The position numbers and the translations under genes are program-made. This document shows positions 48,288-58,072 of a stretch of DNA of 64,000 nt, one piece after another. Within the stretch, counting starts at the first letter, position 1. Every line of letters starts with the position of its first letter. The stretch comes from an uncultured bacterium. GTDB taxonomy: Bacteria > Krumholzibacteriota > Krumholzibacteriia > LZORAL124-64-63. The notes under the pieces were generated by a model that did no database searches, was not told the DNA's origin, and worked only from the letters and a program-made list of their open reading frames with translations. The stretch is from assembly GCA_963727525.1 (NCBI GenBank), contig CAVSGO010000007.1, positions 2,016,001-2,080,000 of the forward strand. The letters run 5' to 3'.

Positions 48288-49364
48288 CTAGTCTACCAGG
48301 CGCCCGGCCGGGTGACCAGGCGTCGGTTCGTCGCCCTCCCGATCGAGCTGGGCCAGGACGGCGTCGAGCCGCGGGCCGACGTCGACCTCCGCAGTGGGCG
48401 CCGGCCCCAGCGGATCCTCGAGATCGTCGCGACCGAGCAAGCTCCGCGCGGAGTTCACGACGCCGGCCGCGAGCACCTCGGTGTCGTATCCGCCCTCGAG
48501 CACGACCACCACGCGACCGCCGCACACCTCGCGGGCCAGATCCACGAGTTGCTGGCCGAGCCAGGCGTAGCCGGACAGGCTCACCAGGTGCTGGGCGAGC
48601 GGGTCGCGCCAGTGACCGTCCCAGCCCGCGCTGATGCAGAGCAGATCCGGCGCAAATCGCCGCACGGCCGGCGCGACCACGCGCGTGACCGCCGCGCGCA
48701 TCGCGGCATCGCCGGCGCCTGGCGGCAGCGGGACGTTCACCGTCGCGCCCCTCCCCTCGCCCGCGCCGGTCTCGCTGAACCAGCCGGTGCCGGGGTACAG
48801 CGGGAACTGGTGGGTCGACACGAACAGCACGGAGGGATCGCGCGCGAAGATGTCCTGCGTACCGTTGCCGTGGTGCACGTCGATATCGACGATCGCCACG
48901 CGCCGTGCGCGCTCGGCCTGCGAGGCTCGCACGGCGACGGCGAGATTGTTGAACACGCAGAACCCCATAGCCTGGTCGTGAGTCGCGTGGTGGCCGGGTG
49001 GACGCACGAGCGCGATGCCTCGATCGAGGGTGCCGTCGGCGACCTGCCGCACCAGGTCCACCGTGCCGCCCGCCGCCGCAACGGCGGCGTCCCAGGTCCG
49101 GGCGCACGTGTAGGTGTCGGGATCGAGGGCGCCATGCGGCATGCGCCCCACGACCGCGACGGTGTCCACGTGGGCCACGGCGTGCGCGCGCACCAGTTCC
49201 TCGCGCGTCGCCGGGCGCCCGGACACCGGCACGAGAAGCTCGTTCAGTCCCGCGCGCGCGAGGGCGTCGGCAATCGCCACCAGTCGCTGCGGCCGCTCGG
49301 GATGGCCCGGTGTCGCGTGCGCCAGGAAGATCGGATCACTGACCATGCCCACACGAGGATCCAC
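48288..49364 (-). CDS. Histone-deacetylase-family (Zn-dependent) deacetylase
   Basis: Motifs HPERPQR, RPPGHHA, MGFCVFNN, DIDVHHGNGTQ, YPGTG, NVPL, SAGWD.H..DPL and LEGGY. Confidence 0.95.
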   Translation of the reverse strand: MDPRVGMVSDPIFLAHATPGHPERPQRLVAIADALARAGLNELLVPVSGRPATREELVRAHAVAHVDTVAVVGRMPHGALDPDTYTCARTWDAAVAAAGGTVDLVRQVADGTLDRGIALVRPPGHHATHDQAMGFCVFNNLAVAVRASQAERARRVAIVDIDVHHGNGTQDIFARDPSVLFVSTHQFPLYPGTGWFSETGAGEGRGATVNVPLPPGAGDAAMRAAVTRVVAPAVRRFAPDLLCISAGWDGHWRDPLAQHLVSLSGYAWLGQQLVDLAREVCGGRVVVVLEGGYDTEVLAAGVVNSARSLLGRDDLEDPLGPAPTAEVDVGPRLDAVLAQLDREGDEPTPGHPAGRLVD

Positions 49365-49448
49365 GCATCGCCCTTTCGACCGGTGTCAATATAGCGCGCT
49401 GAGCCGCGACCGGCGCCCAGCGGAGCGCCGCGGCGGCGCGTCCGTCGA

Positions 49449-49476
49449 TTGACGACCACGAGAACCCGGCTATCGT
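49449..49476 (+). promoter_or_regulatory. Sigma70-like promoter for aceE
   Basis: TTGACG-N16-TATCGT in the divergent spacer. Confidence 0.4.
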
Positions 49477-49530
49477 GAGCGTGATCAACGGTCAAGCCCC
49501 AATGCAACGAGAGCAAGGAAAGGGGTCGGC

Positions 49531-52215
49531 ATGGCCACCATGGACGCCAGCGACCGCGACCGCCTCCGCGAGATCGAGAATCGCGAGTGGCGCGATTCGC
49601 TCGATTACGTCCTGCGCGAGCAGGGTTCCGAACGCGTGCGCGAGCTGCTGCGGCACCTCCAGTCGCGCGCCCAGGAGCAGGGCGTGAGCATCCCGTTCAC
49701 GGCCAACACGCCGTACATCAACACCATCCCCCGCGCCCAGCAGCCGGTCTTTCCTGGCAATCGCGAGATCGAGCGACGGATCAAGAGCATCATCCGCTGG
49801 AACGCCATGGCCATGGTGGTGCGCGCGAACAAGGAGCTGCCGGGCATCGGCGGCCACATCTCCACCTTCGCCTCGGCCGCCGCACTCTGGGAAGTGGGAT
49901 TCAACCACTTCTGGCGCGGCCGCACCGATGACTACCTCGGCGACATGGTCTATTTCCAGGGTCATGCGGCTCCCGGAGTGTACGCACGCGCGTTTCTCGA
50001 GGGCCGCATCGACGAGAAGCACCTCGTGAACTTCCGGCGCGAGCTGGCCCCGGAAGGCGGTCTGAGCAGCTATCCGCATCCCTTCCTGATGCGCGATTTC
50101 TGGGAATTCCCCACCGTATCCATGGGGCTCACCGCGCTGCAGGCCATCTACATGGCACGCTACAACCACTACCTCGTGGACCGCGACCTGCGCAGGCGCA
50201 CCGGCCGCAAGGTGTGGGCGCTGCTCGGCGATGGTGAGATGGACGAGCCCGAGTCGCTGGGTGCGATCACCCTGGCCGCGCGCGAGCAGCTCGGCAACCT
50301 CATCTTCGTGATCAACTGCAACCTGCAGCGCCTCGACGGCCCCGTGCGCGGCAACGGCAAGGTGATCCAGGAGTTGGAAGCCGCCTTCCGCGGCGCCGGC
50401 TGGTTCGTGATCAAGGTGATCTGGGGCGGCGACTGGGATCGCCTGCTCGAGCGCGACAAGAGCGGCAAGCTGCTTCAGCGCATGGAGGAGATCCTCGACG
50501 GCGAGATGCAGCGCTACACCGTGAGCGACGGCGCTTACATCCGGGAGCACTTCTTCGGCACGGATCCCGAGCTGCTCGCGCTGGTACAGGACTACACCGA
50601 CGAGCAGATCCGCAAGATGGTGCGCGGCGGGCACGATCCCGAGAAGGTCTACGCCGCCTACAAGCTGGCCACGAGCCACGGGCGGCCCATGCCTACCGTG
50701 ATCCTCGCCCAGACGATCAAGGGCTACGGACTGGGCGAGGCGGGCGAGGGCAAGAACATCACCCACTCGCAGAAGAAGCTGAACGAGGACGAGCTGCGCG
50801 AATTTCGCACGCGCTTCAACATCCCGATCAGCGACGAAGACATCGCCGCCATGCCCTTCTACCGTCCGACCGACGATAGCCCGGAGATGCAGTACCTGCA
50901 CAAACGTCGCGAGGAACTCGGCGGCTCGCTGCCGAAGCGCGTGGTCGTCACCGAGCCGATCGCCTGCCAGACCGAGCACATCTTCCAGGAGTACCTGCAG
51001 GGCAGCGGCGATCGCGACGTCGCGACCACGATGTCGATGGTCCACATGATCGCGCAGATGCTGCGCGACCCCGAGTTCGGCAAGTTCATCGTACCCATCG
51101 TGCCCGACGAGGCCCGCACCTTCGGCCTGGAGTCGCTCTTCCGTCAGGTGGGCATCTACAGCCACGTGGGTCAGCTCTACGAACCGGTCGACAGGGGCAG
51201 CCTGCTCTTCTACAACGAGAAGAAGACGGGCGCGGTGCTCGAGGAGGGCATCAGCGAAGCGGGCGCCATGGCCAGCTTCATCGCGGCCGGCACCGCGTAC
51301 GCCAACAACCGCGTGAATACCATCCCGTTCTTCCTCTTCTACTCGATGTTCGGCTTCCAGCGTATCGGCGACCTCATCTGGGCCGCGTGCGACATGCAGG
51401 CCAAGGGCTTCCTCATCGGCGCCACCGCGGGCCGCACCACGCTCTCGGGCGAAGGCCTGCAGCACCAGGATGGTCACAGCCATGTGCTAGCCCTGGCGCC
51501 CACCACGGTGAAAGCCTACGATCCGGCCTTCGCGTACGAGCTGGCCACGATCGTACACGACGGCATCACGCGCATGTACTGCCACGGCGAGACGTGGATC
51601 TACTACCTCACCGTGATGAACGAGACGTACAAGCAGCCGGCCCGTCCCGAGGGGTCGCGCGAGGGCATCCTCAAGGGCATGTACCGGTTCCGCCCGGGCT
51701 CGGTGAAGGCCACCAAGACCACGCCCCGAGCCCACTTGCTCGGCAGCGGTGCCATCCTCAACGAGACGCTTGCCGCGCAGACCATTCTCGAGGAGCGCTA
51801 CGGCGTGAGCGCCGACGTCTGGAGCGTGACCAGCTACAAGGAACTCTACCGCGAGGCGATCGAGGCTGAGCGCTTCCACATGCTCAATCCGGGCCAGCGC
51901 CAGCGCCCCTACGTGGAGACGTTGCTGGCCAAGGAGCGCGGCGTGTTCGTCGCGGCGAGCGACTACATGAAGGTGCTGCCGGCGAGTATCGCCCGCTGGC
52001 TGCCCGGTCCCCTGCACGTGCTGGGAACCGACGGCTTCGGCCGCAGCGACGGCCGCGCGCAGTTGCGCGACTTCTTCGAGGTCGACAGGCGCTACATCGC
52101 CCTGGCCGCCCTGCACGAGCTGGCGCGCGTGGACCAGCTCGACATGAAGGTGGCGCAGAAGGCGGTGAAGGAGCTGGACATCGACCCGGGCAAGTTGAAC
52201 CCCCACGTCGATTGA
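49531..52215 (+). CDS. aceE: Pyruvate dehydrogenase E1, homodimeric type
   Basis: 894 aa with TPYINTI, IRWNAMAMV, GGHISTFAS, FQGHAAPG, FPTVSMGL, GDGEMDEPES, NCNLQRLDGPV, GEGLQHQDG and GTDGFGRSD. Confidence 0.97.
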   Translation: MATMDASDRDRLREIENREWRDSLDYVLREQGSERVRELLRHLQSRAQEQGVSIPFTANTPYINTIPRAQQPVFPGNREIERRIKSIIRWNAMAMVVRANKELPGIGGHISTFASAAALWEVGFNHFWRGRTDDYLGDMVYFQGHAAPGVYARAFLEGRIDEKHLVNFRRELAPEGGLSSYPHPFLMRDFWEFPTVSMGLTALQAIYMARYNHYLVDRDLRRRTGRKVWALLGDGEMDEPESLGAITLAAREQLGNLIFVINCNLQRLDGPVRGNGKVIQELEAAFRGAGWFVIKVIWGGDWDRLLERDKSGKLLQRMEEILDGEMQRYTVSDGAYIREHFFGTDPELLALVQDYTDEQIRKMVRGGHDPEKVYAAYKLATSHGRPMPTVILAQTIKGYGLGEAGEGKNITHSQKKLNEDELREFRTRFNIPISDEDIAAMPFYRPTDDSPEMQYLHKRREELGGSLPKRVVVTEPIACQTEHIFQEYLQGSGDRDVATTMSMVHMIAQMLRDPEFGKFIVPIVPDEARTFGLESLFRQVGIYSHVGQLYEPVDRGSLLFYNEKKTGAVLEEGISEAGAMASFIAAGTAYANNRVNTIPFFLFYSMFGFQRIGDLIWAACDMQAKGFLIGATAGRTTLSGEGLQHQDGHSHVLALAPTTVKAYDPAFAYELATIVHDGITRMYCHGETWIYYLTVMNETYKQPARPEGSREGILKGMYRFRPGSVKATKTTPRAHLLGSGAILNETLAAQTILEERYGVSADVWSVTSYKELYREAIEAERFHMLNPGQRQRPYVETLLAKERGVFVAASDYMKVLPASIARWLPGPLHVLGTDGFGRSDGRAQLRDFFEVDRRYIALAALHELARVDQLDMKVAQKAVKELDIDPGKLNPHVD

Positions 52216-52239
52216 TCGATGTGTCGATGAGGAGCGAGC

Positions 52240-53589
52240 ATGAGCAAGGAGATCCGCGTTCCCGAAGTCTCTGACGGCGTGGCCCAGGGCAAGGTCATCG
52301 GCATCTCCGTGGCGGAGGGCGATCGTGTCGAGGTCGACCAGACACTTCTCGAGCTGGAGACGGACAAGGCCGTGGTCGCGCTGCCGGCCCCGTTCACGGG
52401 GACCATCACGGCGATCAAGGTGAAGGATGGCGACACGGTGCAGATCGGGGCCGTGGTGATGGAGGGTGAACCGGAGGGCGCCGCCGACGCGCCGCCGCCA
52501 CCGTCCGCGCGCATGACCAATCCGGAACCCGAAACGCCGCAACGCGACCCGCAGCCGGCGCCGCCCGCGCCCGAAGCTGCGGCTGACCCCGCCCGGAAAG
52601 GATCGCGAGAGGCGCCGGAATCGGAAACGCCGCGCGCCGCGGGCGCGCCGCCGGCCCGTAGCGAGTCCGTTGCCCCGGCCGACGTCGCCCCCGCGTCTCC
52701 CGGCGTACGCCGCTTCGCTCGCGAGCTGGGCGTGGATATCGGCGCGGTTCCGGGCACTGGTCCCGGCGGTCGGATCGGTGAGCAGGACGTGCGCGACTTC
52801 GTGAAGTCCGTCATGCAGGGAAGCAGCACCGCCGCCGGCGCCGCCCCCGTCGCCCGTCCCTTGCCCGACTTCACCCGCTGGACTGCGGTCACTCGCGAGC
52901 CCCTCTCCCAGGTGCGCAGGATCACCGCCGATGCCATGAGCCACGCCTGGGTCACGGTGCCGCGCGTGACGCAGTACGACAAGGCCGACATCACCGGTGT
53001 CGAGGCCTTCCGCGAGGAGTTCAACGAGCGTGCGAGCAAGGAGACCAAGCTCACGATGACGGCCATCCTCCTCAAGGTAGTGGCCGGCGCGCTGCGCGCG
53101 TTCCCCGCGTTCAACAGCAGCCTCGACGTGGCGAAGCAGGAGCTGATCCTCAAGAAAGCCGTCCACGTGGGCGTGGCCGTGGACACGCCGGGCGGCCTGC
53201 TCGTGCCCGTGGTGCGCGACGTCGACCGCAAGGGCATCGCGGCCCTCGCCGTGGAACTGAACGATCTCGCGGCGCGCACGCGCGAGCGACGCATCTCGCC
53301 AGCCGACATGGAGGGCGGCGGCTTCACCATCAGCAACCTCGGCGGCATCGGCGGCGTGGCCTTCAGCCCCATCGTCTACTGGCCGCAGGTGGCGATCCTC
53401 GGCGTGTCGCGCGCCGAGCTTGAACCGGTATGGGACGGGGAGGGCTTCGAACCGCGCCTGCGCATGCCCGTCTCATTGAGCTACGACCACCGCGTGATCG
53501 ACGGCGCCCAGGCCGCACGCTTCCTGCGCTGGGTCTGCGCCGCCCTCGCGCAGCCGTTGCTGCTGGCGATGGAAGGAGACGAGCGATGA
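52240..53589 (+). CDS. aceF: Dihydrolipoamide acetyltransferase E2 (one lipoyl domain)
   Basis: LETDKA, a Pro/Ala linker, ASPGVRRFARELGVD, FTISNLGGIGG and SYDHRVIDGA. Confidence 0.93.
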   Translation: MSKEIRVPEVSDGVAQGKVIGISVAEGDRVEVDQTLLELETDKAVVALPAPFTGTITAIKVKDGDTVQIGAVVMEGEPEGAADAPPPPSARMTNPEPETPQRDPQPAPPAPEAAADPARKGSREAPESETPRAAGAPPARSESVAPADVAPASPGVRRFARELGVDIGAVPGTGPGGRIGEQDVRDFVKSVMQGSSTAAGAAPVARPLPDFTRWTAVTREPLSQVRRITADAMSHAWVTVPRVTQYDKADITGVEAFREEFNERASKETKLTMTAILLKVVAGALRAFPAFNSSLDVAKQELILKKAVHVGVAVDTPGGLLVPVVRDVDRKGIAALAVELNDLAARTRERRISPADMEGGGFTISNLGGIGGVAFSPIVYWPQVAILGVSRAELEPVWDGEGFEPRLRMPVSLSYDHRVIDGAQAARFLRWVCAALAQPLLLAMEGDER

Positions 53590-54983
53590 GCGAGACCCTC
53601 GCGCGCGCGTCCCTCGCCATCGTGGGCGGCGGTCCGGGCGGCTACGCCGCGGCGTTCAAGGCCGCCGACCTTGGCCTGGACGTCACCGTGGTCGACATCG
53701 AGGCGAAGCCCGGCGGCGTGTGCCTGCTACGCGGCTGTATCCCGAGCAAAGCGTTGCTGCACGCGGCCAAGCTCGTGCGCGAGACCGAGGAGGCCGGGCG
53801 CATGGGCCTGGCGTTCAAGCCACCGCGCATCGACCTCGCGAAGCTGCGCGGCTGGAAAAACGAGGTCGTGGATACGCTCACCTCCGGACTCGCCGGCAAG
53901 ATGAAGCAGAAGAAGATCCGGTACATCCAGGGGCGTGCGCGGTTGAACGACGCGAACACGCTGCGCATCGACCTGGCCGGGGGCGGCGAGGCGAGCCTGG
54001 CCTTCGACCAGGCCATCCTCGCCACCGGATCCCGCGCGGTGATGCCCCCGTTCGTGCCGCAGGACGCCACACGCATCTCCGGATCCCGTGGCGCCCTCGA
54101 TGTACCGGAGATCCCCGGCACCCTGCTCGTCGTCGGGGGCGGCTACATCGGTCTGGAGATGGGCACGGTGTATGCGGCCCTGGGCAGCAAGGTCACGGTG
54201 GTGGAGATGCTGCCGCAGCTCATGACGGGCGCCGACCGCGACCTCGTGTCCGTACTCAAACGCCGCCTCGACGGGCAGTTCGCCGAGATCTTGCTGCGGA
54301 CGAAGGTGCAGGCGCTGAAGGAGCAGAAGAACGGCGTCAAGGTGACGCTCGCCGACAAGGACGGCGCCGAGAGCACGCGCCTCTTCGAACGCGTCCTCGT
54401 CTCGGTAGGCCGCCGCCCCAATAGCGACGACATCGGCCTCGACACCGCCGGCGTCCAGACGAACGAGCAGGGCTTCGTCACGGTCGACGCGTTGCGCCGC
54501 ACGAGCGTGCCGCACATCCTGGCCATCGGCGACCTCACCGGCCAGCCCATGCTCGCGCACAAGGCATCGCACGAGGGGCAGGTGGCCGCCGAGGTCGCCG
54601 CCGGCCGCAAGTCCGCCTTCGAACCCCGCGCCATCCCGGCGGTGTGTTTCACCGATCCCGAGATCGCCTGGTGCGGACTCACCGAGACCGAGGCCAGGGA
54701 CGCCGGCCGCAAGGTCAAGACGGTGAAGATTCCCTGGCGCAGCATCGGCCGCACCCTCACCCTCGGCCGCGACGACGGCATGACCAAGCTCATCGTGGAT
54801 CCCGAGACGGACCGCGTGCTCGGCGTGGGCCTGGCCGGCCCTGGCGCGGGCGAACTGATCGCCGAGGGCGTCCTCGCCATCGAGATGGCCGCCACCAGCC
54901 GCGACCTGCGGCTGACCATCCACGCGCACCCGACGCTCTCGGAGTCGATCATGGAGGCGGCGGAGGGCTTCTACGAGCCCTGA
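53586..54983 (+). CDS. lpdA: Dihydrolipoamide dehydrogenase E3, second copy
   Basis: Motifs GGGPGGY, GGVCLLRGCIPSK, GGGYIGLE, PMLAHKA and HAHPTLSE. ATGA overlap with aceF. Confidence 0.95.
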   Translation: MSETLARASLAIVGGGPGGYAAAFKAADLGLDVTVVDIEAKPGGVCLLRGCIPSKALLHAAKLVRETEEAGRMGLAFKPPRIDLAKLRGWKNEVVDTLTSGLAGKMKQKKIRYIQGRARLNDANTLRIDLAGGGEASLAFDQAILATGSRAVMPPFVPQDATRISGSRGALDVPEIPGTLLVVGGGYIGLEMGTVYAALGSKVTVVEMLPQLMTGADRDLVSVLKRRLDGQFAEILLRTKVQALKEQKNGVKVTLADKDGAESTRLFERVLVSVGRRPNSDDIGLDTAGVQTNEQGFVTVDALRRTSVPHILAIGDLTGQPMLAHKASHEGQVAAEVAAGRKSAFEPRAIPAVCFTDPEIAWCGLTETEARDAGRKVKTVKIPWRSIGRTLTLGRDDGMTKLIVDPETDRVLGVGLAGPGAGELIAEGVLAIEMAATSRDLRLTIHAHPTLSESIMEAAEGFYEP

Positions 54984-55001
54984 TGCGTGACGGCGGGGGC
55001 G

Positions 55002-58000
55002 TCACGCGCGCTCCCGCCGCTCCTCCACCCAGCCGTAGAGCACCGGCATCACGACCAGCGTCAGCAGCGTGCTGGTGACCAATCCGCCCATCACCACCAC
55101 CGCCAACGGTTTCTGGATATCGGCGCCGCTGCCGGTCGCGAAGAGCATCGGCAGGTGGCCGATGAAGCTGGTGAGCGCGGTCATCAGGAGCGGGCGAAAA
55201 CGCAGGTCGCAACCGGTGGCGACGGTGTCGCCCACCGCGAGTCCGCGCGCGCGAAGCTGGCGGAAGAACGCCATCAGCACCACGCCGTTCTGCACGGCCA
55301 CCCCCAGGAGCACGATGAACGCCACCGCGGCCGACACGGAGAGCGGCATGCGCGTGGCCACAATTGCCAGTACGCCGCCCACGAGCGCGAACGGCAGGTT
55401 CACGAGCACGAGAATCGACGCCCTCAATGTGCCGAGGGCCAGGAAGAGCAGCACCATGATCAGCACCAGCGCCACCGGCACCACGATGGCGAGTTGCCGC
55501 ATCGCGCGCTGCTGGTTCTCGAACTGGCCCCCGTACGTCACGAGCGTGCCGGTCGGCAAATCGGCCAGCAGCGGCGTCAGACGCTCGCGAGCCTCGGCCA
55601 CGAAGCCACCGAGATCCCGGCCTCGCACGTTCGCCTCCACGACCACGCGGCGCATGCCATTCTCGCGGCTGATCTGGGCCGGCGCCTCCACCATCCGGAA
55701 GTCGGCAAGCTGCGCCAGTGGTACGCGCTGTCCGTCGGGAGCCGCCACCAGGATGCGCTGCAGCGCGTCCACGTCGTCGCGCGCATGCTCCGGATACCGC
55801 ACCGTCACCGCGAAGCGCCGGTCGCCCTCGATGACCCTGGTCACCTCGCGGCCTGCCGCAGCGATCTCGATGGTGTCGTTGATCAGCCCCACGCCGATGC
55901 CGTACCGTGCGGCGGCCTCGCGATCGATCACCACGTCGAGCTGCGCCATGCCCGTCACTTGCTCCACCTTCACGTCGCGCGCGCCCGGCACAGCGGACAG
56001 CGCGGCCGCCGCACGGTCGGCCGCTGCCTTCACAACTCCGAGGTCGCTACCGAAGATCTTCACGGCGAGGTCGCTCTTCACGCCCGAGATCAGCTCGTTC
56101 ACGCGCAGGGCGATGGGCTGCGAGAACGAGAAGCGCAGGCCGGGAATCTGCGCCAGGTCGGCCTGGATGGCCTCCACGAGCGCGGCCCGGCTGCGGCCGC
56201 GGCCCCAGCCACGATGCGGCTTCAGCGTCACGATGACGTCGGTCTGCTCTGGCCCCATGGGGTCCTCACTGATCTCCGCCTGGCCCGTCTTGCTCACCAC
56301 CGTGTCCACCTCGGGGAAGGCGCGCAGCCGCGTCTCGAGGTACGTGGCCACCGCCACCGCGCCTGGCAGCGATGCGCTGGGCAGCCGCACGACGTTGATG
56401 GCGAGTGCTCCCTCGTCGAGCGGCGGCATGAACTCCGTGCCCAGCCCGGGCACCAGCGCCGCACCGAGGGCGAGCACGGCCGCGGCCGCCGCGAGCGTCC
56501 ACCCGCGCCGGCGCTGCGCTCGCGCGAGGAGATCGCGATAGCCGGCATGGAGCCGACGCACGGCGCCGAACTCACGCTCGGGCGCCCGTCGCAAAATGAG
56601 GTCGGCGAGCACCGGAACCACCGTCAGCGCCAGCACGAGCGAGGCGAGCAGGGCGATGAGCATGGTCAGCGCCAGTGGCGCGAACATCTTGCCTTCCACG
56701 CCCTGCAGCGTGAAGAGCGGCACGAGCGTGATGACGACGATCAGCAGCGAGAAGGCCACCGGTTGCGCCACCTCGGCCACGGCCGCGGCGATCACGGCTC
56801 GGCGCGGCCGCTCGGGTTCGGCGCGTGCCAGATGCCGACGTACGTTCTCCACCACCACGATCGACGCGTCCACGACCATGCCCACCGAGAACGCCAGGCC
56901 GCCGAGGCTCATCAGGTTCGACGTGAGACCCACCGCCCCCATCACGAGGAAGGTGGCCAGGAACGTCAGCGGCAGGGAGCACACAACGATGAGCGCGGTG
57001 CGTAGCTCGGCCACGAAGAGGAAGAGCACCAGGATCACGAGCAGGCCGCCCTCGAGCAGCGCGTGCATCACCGTATCGATGCAGGCCTGGATGAGCGACG
57101 TGCGGTCATAGAACACCTCGAGGCGCACACCGTCGGGCAACGTACCGCGCACCTGCACCACGGCGTCTTTGACGCGCGACACCACGTCGCGCGAGTTCTC
57201 TCCCTTGAGCATGATGATCATACCGGCCACGACTTCGCCGCCGCCGTCACGCGTCACGGCACCCTGGCGCGGCTCGGCGCCGATCACCACGTCAGCCACG
57301 TCGCGCACGTAGACCGGTACACCGTCGTGGGCGACGAGTACGATACGCTCGATGTCCTGCACGTCGCCCAGCAGCCCCACTCCGCGCAGGTACACCTGCT
57401 CCCATCCGCGCACGAGCACGCCGCCGGCCGCATTGCCATTGCTGCGCTCGATGGCCTCGGCCACGTCGGCGGCCGTGAGGCCGTGCGCCAGCAGACGCCG
57501 GGGATCCAGACGCACCTGGTACTGCTTCACCCGGCCGCCGAAGCTGTTCACCTCGTTCACGCCGACGACGGGCTTCAAGAGTGGCGCCACGAGCCAGTCC
57601 TGGAGCGTGCGCAGCTCCATGGCGTCGACATCGTCGCTCTCCAGCGTGTACTGGAAGATCTCGCCGAGGCCCGTGCTCACGGGACCCAGGGCGGGGGCGA
57701 GTCCCGGCGGCAGATCGTCGCGCACCGTGGCCAGGCGCTCGAAGACGAGCTGGCGCGACCAGTAGGTGTCGGTGCCGTCGGCGAAGACGATCACCACCTG
57801 CGAGAGTCCCGAGCGCGAGAGCGACCGCACCTGAATCACCCGCGGCAGACCGCGCATGACCTGCTCGATCGGATAACTCACGCGTTGCTCCACATCCACG
57901 GCCGCCAGCCCGGGGGCTGGGGTCAGCACCATCACCTGGGTGGTGGTCACGTCGGGAAAGGCATCGATCGGCAGCCGTGTCCAGGCCACGAGGCCGGCCG

Positions 58001-58061
58001 CGACGAGGCCGACCGTCATCAGCACCACCAGCAGGCGATTGCGCAGAAGCCAGTGCGTCAT
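55002..58061 (-). CDS. CusA/CzcA family heavy-metal efflux RND permease
   Basis: LPIDAFPDVT, GPVSTGLGEIFQY, LRTLQDW, MSLGGL...GMVVDASIVVVEN, EGKMF.PLA, EFMPPLDEG, QPI.LRVNEL.SGVKSD and GVAVQNG. Confidence 0.95.
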   Translation of the reverse strand: MTHWLLRNRLLVVLMTVGLVAAGLVAWTRLPIDAFPDVTTTQVMVLTPAPGLAAVDVEQRVSYPIEQVMRGLPRVIQVRSLSRSGLSQVVIVFADGTDTYWSRQLVFERLATVRDDLPPGLAPALGPVSTGLGEIFQYTLESDDVDAMELRTLQDWLVAPLLKPVVGVNEVNSFGGRVKQYQVRLDPRRLLAHGLTAADVAEAIERSNGNAAGGVLVRGWEQVYLRGVGLLGDVQDIERIVLVAHDGVPVYVRDVADVVIGAEPRQGAVTRDGGGEVVAGMIIMLKGENSRDVVSRVKDAVVQVRGTLPDGVRLEVFYDRTSLIQACIDTVMHALLEGGLLVILVLFLFVAELRTALIVVCSLPLTFLATFLVMGAVGLTSNLMSLGGLAFSVGMVVDASIVVVENVRRHLARAEPERPRRAVIAAAVAEVAQPVAFSLLIVVITLVPLFTLQGVEGKMFAPLALTMLIALLASLVLALTVVPVLADLILRRAPEREFGAVRRLHAGYRDLLARAQRRRGWTLAAAAAVLALGAALVPGLGTEFMPPLDEGALAINVVRLPSASLPGAVAVATYLETRLRAFPEVDTVVSKTGQAEISEDPMGPEQTDVIVTLKPHRGWGRGRSRAALVEAIQADLAQIPGLRFSFSQPIALRVNELISGVKSDLAVKIFGSDLGVVKAAADRAAAALSAVPGARDVKVEQVTGMAQLDVVIDREAAARYGIGVGLINDTIEIAAAGREVTRVIEGDRRFAVTVRYPEHARDDVDALQRILVAAPDGQRVPLAQLADFRMVEAPAQISRENGMRRVVVEANVRGRDLGGFVAEARERLTPLLADLPTGTLVTYGGQFENQQRAMRQLAIVVPVALVLIMVLLFLALGTLRASILVLVNLPFALVGGVLAIVATRMPLSVSAAVAFIVLLGVAVQNGVVLMAFFRQLRARGLAVGDTVATGCDLRFRPLLMTALTSFIGHLPMLFATGSGADIQKPLAVVVMGGLVTSTLLTLVVMPVLYGWVEERRERA

Positions 58062-58072
58062 GGCCCGCCCCC

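Noticed and set aside
49473-49490. Possible Rex operator (TCGTGAGCGTGATCAACG) upstream of aceE
   Set aside because: The right half matches TTCACAA poorly, so it is too degenerate to support.
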